Virus record (IMG/VR): IMGVR_UViG_3300050645_000186
Span: 1-64,000 of that record
From: a virus
Lineage: Duplodnaviria; Caudoviricetes
Strand: one strand, 5' to 3'
Length of the DNA stretch: 64,000 bases
The translations under genes were made by a program, and so were the position numbers. Of this stretch, positions 56,720-64,000 are shown one piece after another. Each line of letters begins with the position of its first letter. The stretch's first letter is position 1. Below the pieces are notes generated by a model. It searched no databases and was not told the DNA's origin. It worked only from the letters and a program-made list of their open reading frames with translations.

Positions 56720-57271
56720 TTGGCGAAGGACGGAACCAACAGAGGCGGCGCTCGTGTCGGCGCGGGCGCAAAAAAGAAGCCGTTAGCCGACAAAATCGCT
56801 GCCGGCAATCCCGGCGGCAGAACACTGACGGTCATGGAGTTTTCCTGCGCTGCAGATCTTCAGGGTCAGGCGATGCCGGAGCCGAACAAAATGCTCGAAG
56901 CAGTCCAAAAGGACGGCAAGACGCTGGTCGCCGGTGAGATTTACAAAAACACATGGACGTGGCTGAACGAACGCGGCTGCGCGGCGCTGGTCTCTCCGCA
57001 GCTTCTGGAGCGATACGCCATGAGCGTCGCCCGCTGGATTCAGTGTGAGGAAGCGGTCACTACCTACGGCTTTCTGGCAAAGCATCCTACTACGGGCAAC
57101 GCGATTCAAAGCCCGTATGTGGCGATGGGTCAGAATTACATGAACCAGACTAACCGGCTGTGGTATGAGATTTTTCAAATCGTCAAGGAAAACTGCACCG
57201 GCGAGTACAGCGGCGCAAACCCGCAGGATGACGTAATGGAGCGCTTGCTCAATGCAAGGAGGGGCAAATGA
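56720..57271 (+). CDS. terS: Terminase small subunit (P27 family)
   Basis: TTG start; homolog of 13001-13555. Confidence 0.88.
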   Translation: MAKDGTNRGGARVGAGAKKKPLADKIAAGNPGGRTLTVMEFSCAADLQGQAMPEPNKMLEAVQKDGKTLVAGEIYKNTWTWLNERGCAALVSPQLLERYAMSVARWIQCEEAVTTYGFLAKHPTTGNAIQSPYVAMGQNYMNQTNRLWYEIFQIVKENCTGEYSGANPQDDVMERLLNARRGK

Positions 57272-57272
57272 C

Positions 57273-58598
57273 GTGGATATACGAAGCCTAAAGCTGTCGG
57301 AGCTGAATCCGGCAAAATACAATCCGCGCAAAGAGCTGCGTCCCGGCGATGCGGAGTTTGAGAAGCTCAAGCGTTCCATCGAGAGCTTCGGCTATGTGGA
57401 GCTGATTGTCGTCAACGAGGCGACGGGCTTCACGGTCATTTCCGGTCATCAGCGGCTCTCCGTTTTGAAAGTACTCGGCTATGAGAGCGCGGAGTGCGTG
57501 GTGGTGAGCTTGGACGCCGCCCGCGAAAGGGCGCTCAACATCGCCATGAATAAAATTTCCGGCGAGTGGGATACGAAAAAGCTCGAAAACCTGCTCTCGG
57601 ATTTGAAAGCGGAGGATTTTGACGTTACGCTGACCGGCTTCGACACCAGTGAGATCGGGCTTATGCTCAGCGTGGATGATGAAATCGTGCAGGATATTGT
57701 GCCGGAGGTCAATGCGGATGAGCCGGCGGTATGCCAGCCCGGCGACATTTGGCAGCTTGGCCGGCATCGGCTGCTCTGCGGCAGCAGTACGGATAAAGAC
57801 GATGTTGCCAGACTGATGGACGGGCAGCACAGTAAGCTGCTCTTTACCTCGCCGCCGTACAGCGATATGCGAACCTACAACGGCGACAAGGAATTGAGCG
57901 TGGACAGCATTGCGCAATTCTTGCCTTGCTATGAACCGTTTTCCGCACTGCAAGCGGTCAATCTCGGAATCCAGCGCAAGGACGGCGAGGTCTATCCCTA
58001 TTGGAACGTTTACATCGATACGGCGAAGCAAGCCGGTCTAAAACTGCTGGCGTGGAATGTGTGGGATAAGCTCACCTGTGGAAGCGTCGGGCAGCAAAGC
58101 GCGATGATACCCATCCGGCATGAATGGATATTCTGCTTTGGCAAAGAGCCGGTGACGGTGAATCCGACGTGGCGTAAGAAGGAAGCCAGCATTTACTCCG
58201 GCGGTCGCTACAACAAAATCCGCCAGGCGGACGGCTCCTTTCGGATTGCGCGGCGCGGCAATGAAACCGGCGCATTCAAGAAGATGGAAAGCTTGCTGGA
58301 GCTGCCGGAGCAGACCAGCCTTGAGTCGGTCACGAAGCAGCTCAGTGAAAAAGGCAAGATTCGCGCCGAACACCCAGCCACCTTTCCCGTGGCGCTGCCG
58401 TCGGAATACATCGTTGCTTTTACCGATGAAAATGACATTGTGGTCGAGCCCTTTGGCGGCGCGGGTACGACGCTCATCGCCTGTGAACAGCTTGACCGCA
58501 CCTGCTACATCATGGAATTGGACGCGCACTACTGCGATGTCATCATCAAGCGCTGGGAGAATTTCACCGGTCAAACCGCCGTGAAGCAGGAGGAATGA
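57273..58598 (+). CDS. ParB-like domain fused to DNA methyltransferase (SPPY)
   Basis: YNPR, ISGHQR; FTSPPY; EPFGGAGTT; start codon uncertain. Confidence 0.9.
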   Translation: MDIRSLKLSELNPAKYNPRKELRPGDAEFEKLKRSIESFGYVELIVVNEATGFTVISGHQRLSVLKVLGYESAECVVVSLDAARERALNIAMNKISGEWDTKKLENLLSDLKAEDFDVTLTGFDTSEIGLMLSVDDEIVQDIVPEVNADEPAVCQPGDIWQLGRHRLLCGSSTDKDDVARLMDGQHSKLLFTSPPYSDMRTYNGDKELSVDSIAQFLPCYEPFSALQAVNLGIQRKDGEVYPYWNVYIDTAKQAGLKLLAWNVWDKLTCGSVGQQSAMIPIRHEWIFCFGKEPVTVNPTWRKKEASIYSGGRYNKIRQADGSFRIARRGNETGAFKKMESLLELPEQTSLESVTKQLSEKGKIRAEHPATFPVALPSEYIVAFTDENDIVVEPFGGAGTTLIACEQLDRTCYIMELDAHYCDVIIKRWENFTGQTAVKQEE

Positions 58599-59836
58599 TT
58601 ATGGATGTACGAAAAATACCCGTGGAGCAGCTCATTCCCGCCGACTACAATCCCCGTAAGGATTTGAAGCCCGGCGATCCCGAATATGACAAGCTGAAGC
58701 GCTCCATCGAGCAGTTCGGTTATGTCGAGCCGCTCATCTGGAACAAGACCACTGGGCGCGTCGTTGGCGGCCATCAGCGTCTGAAGGTGCTCATCGATAT
58801 GGGTATTTCAGAAGTAGACTGTGTGGTGGTCGAGCTGCCGGAGGAAAAGGAAAAGGCACTCAACATTGCGCTGAACAAAATCAGCGGCGAGTGGGATAAG
58901 GATAAGCTGGCGCTGCTCATTGCGGATTTGCAGGGGGCGGATTTTGATGTATCTCTCACCGGCTTTGACCCTGCGGAGATGGACGATCTGTTCAAGGATA
59001 AGGTCAAGGACAAAATCCACGATGATGATTTCGATGTGGAGGCAGCACTCAAGGAGCCGGTTATCACCAAGCTCGGAGACGTCTGGACGCTGGGACGGCA
59101 CCGGCTGGTCTGCGGCGACAGCACCAAATCAGACACCTTTGAGTTGCTGATGGCCGGTACAAAAGCAAATCTTGTCGTTACCGACCCGCCCTACAATGTG
59201 AATTACGAGGGCAGCGCCGGCAAAATCAAGAATGACCATATGGCAAACGACGCATTTTACAAGTTCCTGCTGGTGGCATTCCAGAACATCGAAGCGGTTA
59301 TGGCGGACGACGCCAGTATCTATATTTTCCATTCCGACACCGAAGGGCTGAATTTCAGGAGAGCCTTTGCGGATGCCGGTTTCTTTTTGTCCGGCTGCTG
59401 CATCTGGAAAAAACAGTCACTGGTGCTGGGACGCTCGCCCTATCAGTGGCAGCACGAGCCGGTGCTGTTTGGCTGGAAGAAAAAAGGCAGGCACCAGTGG
59501 TACACCGGTCGCAAGGAAACGACCGTCTGGGAGTTTGACAAGCCCAAGAAGAACGGCGACCACCCGACCATGAAGCCGATCCCGCTGCTGGCATATCCCA
59601 TTATGAATTCCAGCATGAGCAACACGCTGGTGCTCGACCCTTTCGGAGGCTCCGGCAGTACCCTCATCGCCTGTGAGCAGACAGACCGCAGCTGTTACAC
59701 CATTGAGCTTGATGAAAAGTTCTGCGACGTGATCGTGAAACGCTATATCGAGCAGGTCGGCTCGGCGGACAAGGTTTCCTTACAGCGCGACGGGCTGACG
59801 TATGCTTATGCGGAGGTGACTTCCGCGAATAAATGA
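58595..59836 (+). CDS. ParB-like domain fused to DNA methyltransferase (DPPY)
   Basis: TDPPY, HPTMKP, DPFGGSGST. Confidence 0.92.
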   Translation: MIMDVRKIPVEQLIPADYNPRKDLKPGDPEYDKLKRSIEQFGYVEPLIWNKTTGRVVGGHQRLKVLIDMGISEVDCVVVELPEEKEKALNIALNKISGEWDKDKLALLIADLQGADFDVSLTGFDPAEMDDLFKDKVKDKIHDDDFDVEAALKEPVITKLGDVWTLGRHRLVCGDSTKSDTFELLMAGTKANLVVTDPPYNVNYEGSAGKIKNDHMANDAFYKFLLVAFQNIEAVMADDASIYIFHSDTEGLNFRRAFADAGFFLSGCCIWKKQSLVLGRSPYQWQHEPVLFGWKKKGRHQWYTGRKETTVWEFDKPKKNGDHPTMKPIPLLAYPIMNSSMSNTLVLDPFGGSGSTLIACEQTDRSCYTIELDEKFCDVIVKRYIEQVGSADKVSLQRDGLTYAYAEVTSANK

Positions 59837-59900
59837 GCGGCTTCAAGGATCAGTCCCCCAAAGTCGCTCATTCCTACGATATGAAGTTCGCGCCGTCACA

Positions 59901-60104
59901 TTAGCCCTTCCGTGTCGGCTTGACGTTGACGTCTGGCTTGATATCTCCGGAAATGTCCCCGTGTTCCGTTTCAAAAGCCTTGATGTTTTCCCGTATCAAA
60001 ACAAGAATATGGCTGTTGACGGAGCGGCCTTCGTAATCCGCGACAAAGCCCAGCTTATTCAGCATCTCTTCCTCAATGCGGATGGATACGCTCTTGATTG
60101 CCAT
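59901..60104 (-). CDS. Arc/ribbon-helix-helix DNA-binding protein
   Basis: SVSIRIEEEMLNKL...EGRSVNSHILVLI. Confidence 0.85.
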   Translation of the reverse strand: MAIKSVSIRIEEEMLNKLGFVADYEGRSVNSHILVLIRENIKAFETEHGDISGDIKPDVNVKPTRKG

Positions 60105-60215
60105 AAAATCACCTCACGATAGATATATGATGTATTTATTTTATGGCCGTTATGTAGTATAATGTTCAAAACAGATATACGGTATATCTATTATATTTTC
60201 GGGATGGGAAAAAGA

Positions 60216-60527
60216 ATGAGAGCGTATTTCATCAGCAAACCGAGAACGTATCGGGATTTGCTTAAGCCGCATCTGCCGGAAGCGGAGCGTGAATATGAGA
60301 TTGTCAAGGTCATTGAACTGAGCGGCATCGACTACGAAAACTTCTGCGAGGACATGCTGGTGGACAGGGAGTTCATTGAGGATAACGCCGAACTGTGCGA
60401 GAACGGCGATGCTTTGCGCTGCCTGCTGGTCAAGCAGCGCGGCAAGCATGAGGGTATTCTTGTGGTGTCGGAGCTTAGCTCTGTAAAGCAAGCTGCGTAC
60501 TTAGCGTGGGACGAGGCGATGTCATGA
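60216..60527 (+). CDS. Hypothetical protein
   Basis: Divergent from the RHH gene, downstream of TATAAT (60158-60163). Confidence 0.65.
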   Translation: MRAYFISKPRTYRDLLKPHLPEAEREYEIVKVIELSGIDYENFCEDMLVDREFIEDNAELCENGDALRCLLVKQRGKHEGILVVSELSSVKQAAYLAWDEAMS

Positions 60528-60859
60528 AGGTGGCGGTCATAGGTTCGAGGGGCTTAAGCGTTCCGAATTTAGAGAAATACCTGCCGGAGGAAACGACGGA
60601 AATTGTGTCCGGCGGCGCGAGAGGCGTGGACACCTCCGCCAAAGAATACGCACTGGCGCACGGCTTGAAATTAACTGAGTTTCTGCCGGAGTACGACAAG
60701 TACGGCCGCGGCGCCCCGCTAAAGCGCAATATTACAATCATCGAGTATGCCGATCTTGTGTTGGCGTTCTGGGACGGCAAATCTCATGGAACGAAATTCG
60801 TAATTGATCATTGCAGGGAGCGCGGTGTTCCCGTCCGGGTATTTCTCGCCAAGGCATAA
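60524..60859 (+). CDS. SLOG-superfamily (YspA/DprA-like) protein
   Basis: VAVIGSR, VSGGARGVD, RN..II, AFWDGKSHGT. Confidence 0.85.
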   Translation: MKVAVIGSRGLSVPNLEKYLPEETTEIVSGGARGVDTSAKEYALAHGLKLTEFLPEYDKYGRGAPLKRNITIIEYADLVLAFWDGKSHGTKFVIDHCRERGVPVRVFLAKA

Positions 60860-60997
60860 TCCCCACACTTCCCGCCGAGATAAATTTCGGCGATTTGTGC
60901 ATACCGGAGAATGTCGTTTTTCTCTACAGAAATGACTTGCTATTTCAGGCGTTAAGAGGCATATATGTACCTACCAAATGGAAAGGTGGTACAGAAA

Positions 60998-61282
60998 ATG
61001 CACGAAAACGACTTAAAAAAAGCGCTCGACGAATTCCTCCAGCAGCGCATCGACGATTGCGGAGCACGCGGCAACGATGGCTTGCAGGCAGCCTACCAGC
61101 AGTTTGAGCGCTGCACCGAAAAACTGAAAAGCTCGCTGACTCCGGAGCAGCGTCAGGCGTACCTTGAATGGGAAAACGCCTACTCTCTGGTGGACGGCGA
61201 GACGATGAACTGCTACTACCGTGCCGGGTTTTCCGACGCGGTATTGTTTTTCATGGGATGGAGGGATGGAGAATGGAAATGA
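60998..61282 (+). CDS. Hypothetical protein
   Basis: Downstream of the repeated promoter motif; YYRAGFSDA. Confidence 0.65.
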   Translation: MHENDLKKALDEFLQQRIDDCGARGNDGLQAAYQQFERCTEKLKSSLTPEQRQAYLEWENAYSLVDGETMNCYYRAGFSDAVLFFMGWRDGEWK

Positions 61283-62013
61283 AATACAACGTCACGGGCA
61301 ACGACCGCAAGCGGCTGGTTACGGCAATCGCGGAGTTTATGGCGTGTGCGGCAACGTACAAGGGCGCTCCGACCTTTGCCTACGATGTAGGCTGGCTCAC
61401 CATCGACAAAAATGGAACCGTCAGTTTTGACGATCACTCCGATAGCAAGAACGTTGAAAAGCTCATCCAGTATCTGCATGAGCTGGGCTTTGGATCGGAA
61501 ACCGAGGAAGCCGTCGATTCCCTTATTCTTTCCTATCCGCGGGAGGACATTACCGACGCGGCGCTTGAAAACCTGCGTCTGCTGGTGGCAAGCAAGGAGA
61601 CACTCATCAAAAAGGCACTGGCGGTCGATGCTCTGCCGATTGAGGCGGACGATGAGAAGGTCAGCTTCCCGTGGTTTGAGGGCTCTCCGACACCGGAGGA
61701 AATCAACGCCTACACACACTTTACGAGCAAGCTCATCGCCATGGCGAAAACGCAGAAGCGCGTAATCGCCAAGGAAAAGGAAACCGAGAACGACAAATAC
61801 GCATTTCGCTGCTTTCTGCTCCGGCTGGGCTTTATCGGCGACGAGTACAAGACGGCACGGAAAATCCTGCTTAAGAACCTCACCGGCAGCGGTGCTTTCA
61901 AAAGCGGCAATCCGAAGGTGCAGGAGATGGTCAAACGCATCAATGCAGACGCTGACCTTTACGACGATGTGATGAGTCTGCAGGACAAGGAGGAAACAGA
62001 GAATGAGCAATAA
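61273..62013 (+). CDS. Phage 'virulence-related' family protein
   Basis: Homolog of 16651-17469. Confidence 0.75.
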   Translation: MEMKYNVTGNDRKRLVTAIAEFMACAATYKGAPTFAYDVGWLTIDKNGTVSFDDHSDSKNVEKLIQYLHELGFGSETEEAVDSLILSYPREDITDAALENLRLLVASKETLIKKALAVDALPIEADDEKVSFPWFEGSPTPEEINAYTHFTSKLIAMAKTQKRVIAKEKETENDKYAFRCFLLRLGFIGDEYKTARKILLKNLTGSGAFKSGNPKVQEMVKRINADADLYDDVMSLQDKEETENEQ

Positions 62014-62239
62014 TTTTCCGCCCAGAGAAATTGTGGAGCGTATCCGCAGGCAGTATCCGGTCGGCAGCCGTGTGGAGCTTGTCAAAATGGACGACCCGCA
62101 GGCGCCCCCGGTCGGCACAAAGGGCACCGTGCGCGGCGTGGACGACATCGGCAGCGTGATGGTTGCATGGGACAACGGCTGTGGCCTGTCGGTGGCTTAC
62201 GGCGCGGACGTCTGCAGGGTGGTGAGCGATGATGAGTGA
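62003..62239 (+). CDS. DUF4314-like protein
   Basis: YPVGSRVEL..MDDP...PVGTKGTV..VDD.G...V.WDNG. Confidence 0.82.
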   Translation: MSNNFPPREIVERIRRQYPVGSRVELVKMDDPQAPPVGTKGTVRGVDDIGSVMVAWDNGCGLSVAYGADVCRVVSDDE

Positions 62240-62417
62240 AACGGTCAGGAAGCAAATTCTTGCCGTGCGCGACACCGGACGCACGAATATGTTCGACGTA
62301 AACACGGTGCAGCGCATTGCGTATGACATGGAGTTCTACGAACTGGTGACCTATCTGGAAGAACACCGCCGAGAATACGCGCACTTCATCCTCACCGGAG
62401 AGGAACAACGGCTGTAA
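62229..62417 (+). CDS. DUF5049-like protein
   Basis: Homolog of 19098-19292. Confidence 0.8.
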   Translation: MMSETVRKQILAVRDTGRTNMFDVNTVQRIAYDMEFYELVTYLEEHRREYAHFILTGEEQRL

Positions 62418-62553
62418 CCTACACAATTGCGAGGGCATACACAAGCGGAAAAATCGTATAGTATATGCCCGAAATAGACCTTGCTATTCTGTGCTTTTAG
62501 AGCGAATATGTACCTGCCGCAAGGGAAATACGAACTTACAGGAGGACACGACC

Positions 62554-62733
62554 ATGACGGAGAAGCAGCTCAAGCAGGCCAAGAGCCAACTGCCACAGGG
62601 CGAGAAATTTGACCGGGCCTACCGCGCCTTTGAAGGCGGCATTCGCTTGATTTCCAAGAAAGCCGACGGAACGGAAACCCGCTACAATGTCATTTTCGAC
62701 GCCGACGACAACGTCCGCATCGAGAAATTTTAA
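62554..62733 (+). CDS. Small hypothetical protein
   Basis: AGGAGG RBS; downstream of the repeated promoter motif. Confidence 0.65.
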   Translation: MTEKQLKQAKSQLPQGEKFDRAYRAFEGGIRLISKKADGTETRYNVIFDADDNVRIEKF

Positions 62734-62849
62734 ACCACCGAAAGAAAACAGCCGGGGTCAGCCCTTCATGGGGCTGTCTCTCGTACAGATAAATTTTGAA
62801 GGACTGCCGATGGCGGTCTATTTTTATGTCCGGAAGGAGGCGGAAGCTC

Positions 62850-64000
62850 TTGCGAAAGCTGAAAAAATACAAGCAAACGCGCTTTAAGGCGCAGGATTCG
62901 ACCTATGACAAGGCGGCCGCCGACTACGCCGTGGCATTTATCGAAGCGCTCTGCCACACCAAAGGAACCTGGGCGGGCAAGCCCTTTGATCTGATTGACT
63001 GGCAGGAGCAGATTGTGCGGGATATTTTCGGCACGCTCAAGCCCAACGGCTACCGGCAGTTCAACACCGCCTATGTGGAAATCCCCAAAAAGATGGGTAA
63101 GTCCGAGCTTGCGGCGGCAATCGCGCTGCTGCTCACCTGCGGGGATGGCGAGGAACGCGCCGAGGTGTACGGCTGCGCCGCTGACCGCAATCAGGCCTCC
63201 ATTGTTTTCAATGTCGCTGCGGATATGGTGCGAATGTGTCCGGCACTCGCCAAGCGGGTGAAGATACTGGACGCAACCAAGCGGCTCATCTATCAGCCCA
63301 CCGGCAGCATTTATCAGGTGCTGTCCGCCGATGTCGGAAACAAGCACGGGTTTAATACCCATGGCGTGGTGTTTGACGAGCTGCACACCCAGCCAAACAG
63401 AAAGCTCTATGACGTCATGACCAAGGGCAGCGGCGATGCACGAATGCAGCCGCTGTATTTTCTCATCACCACCGCCGGCGATAACCAGAACAGCATTTGC
63501 TGGGAGGTGCATCAGAAGGCGCTCGACATCATCGACGGCAGAAAGCACGACCCGACCTTTTATCCCGTCATTTACGGTGCGGCACAGGAGGACGATTGGA
63601 CGGACCCGAAGGTGTGGCGGAAAGCCAATCCGTCGCTTGGCATTACGGTCGGCATGGATAAGGTGAAGGCGGCATTTGAATCGGCAAGGCAGAACCCCGC
63701 CGAGGAGAACAGCTTCCGACAGCTGCGCCTCAATCAATGGGTCAAACAGTTGGTGCGCTGGATGCCGATGGACAAGTGGGACGCCTGCGCGTTTCCGGTA
63801 AATGAAAAAGCGCTGGAAGGCCGCGTCTGCTACGGCGGGCTGGACCTTTCGTCCTCAACCGACATTACGGCGTTCGTGTTGGTGTTCCCGCCGCTGGATG
63901 AAGAGGATAAATACAGCATCCTCCCGTACTTCTGGATACCGGAGGACAATATCGGCCTACGTGTGAAGCGTGATCATGTGAATTATGACCTCTGGCAGCG
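62850..64000 (+). CDS. terL: Terminase large subunit (5' part; runs off the window)
   Basis: TTG start after AGGAGG; IPKKMGKSEL, VVFDELH, GGLDLS; homolog of 19361-20968. Confidence 0.93.
   Translation, partial: MRKLKKYKQTRFKAQDSTYDKAAADYAVAFIEALCHTKGTWAGKPFDLIDWQEQIVRDIFGTLKPNGYRQFNTAYVEIPKKMGKSELAAAIALLLTCGDGEERAEVYGCAADRNQASIVFNVAADMVRMCPALAKRVKILDATKRLIYQPTGSIYQVLSADVGNKHGFNTHGVVFDELHTQPNRKLYDVMTKGSGDARMQPLYFLITTAGDNQNSICWEVHQKALDIIDGRKHDPTFYPVIYGAAQEDDWTDPKVWRKANPSLGITVGMDKVKAAFESARQNPAEENSFRQLRLNQWVKQLVRWMPMDKWDACAFPVNEKALEGRVCYGGLDLSSSTDITAFVLVFPPLDEEDKYSILPYFWIPEDNIGLRVKRDHVNYDLWQ

Larger units (their letters stand above)
37035..64000 (+). mobile_element. Prophage element 2 (sister of element 1) with left-end defence cargo; runs off the window
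   Basis: Same gene order from XRE/ImmA to terL. The left boundary, and the inclusion of the island, are inferred from the recombinase break and composition shift. Confidence 0.7.

Noticed and set aside
1-64000. rRNA, tRNA or IS transposase genes
   Set aside because: None were recognisable by eye. A tRNAscan/Infernal run would be needed to exclude short RNAs formally.

Overview
The window holds two related, syntenic Firmicutes (Clostridia-like) temperate siphophage elements with a low-GC defence island between them. Element 1 (about 1-37,034) is nearly complete: ImmA/XRE immunity switch, replication module (SNF2 helicase, family A DNA polymerase, P4-type primase-helicase), HNH/terS, two ParB-methyltransferases, amidoligase and GGCT, HK97-type head, long non-contractile tail, holin/endolysin and serine recombinases. 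Its second recombinase breaks off exactly at the conserved Y-x-D-E-G motif. An AT-rich operon follows (37.3-44.5 kb: XRE, two SPPY methyltransferases, an unknown protein, a PLD-helicase, a small protein, a DndD-like ABC ATPase and a DndE-sized protein). Element 2 (about 37.0 kb to the window end) repeats the same gene order as far as terL. The standout is at 4,329-5,143. An orphan RAMP/Cas7-like gene is followed 13 nt later by two non-coding arrays of perfectly phased GGY-NN pentamers (9 and 11 units), each closed by a hairpin, and this module is absent from the same position in element 2. It looks like an RNA-guided system with a non-contiguous dinucleotide code; it resembles VIPR-type systems as I recall them, which I could not verify here. 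All family assignments come from motif recognition by eye; no database searches were run.
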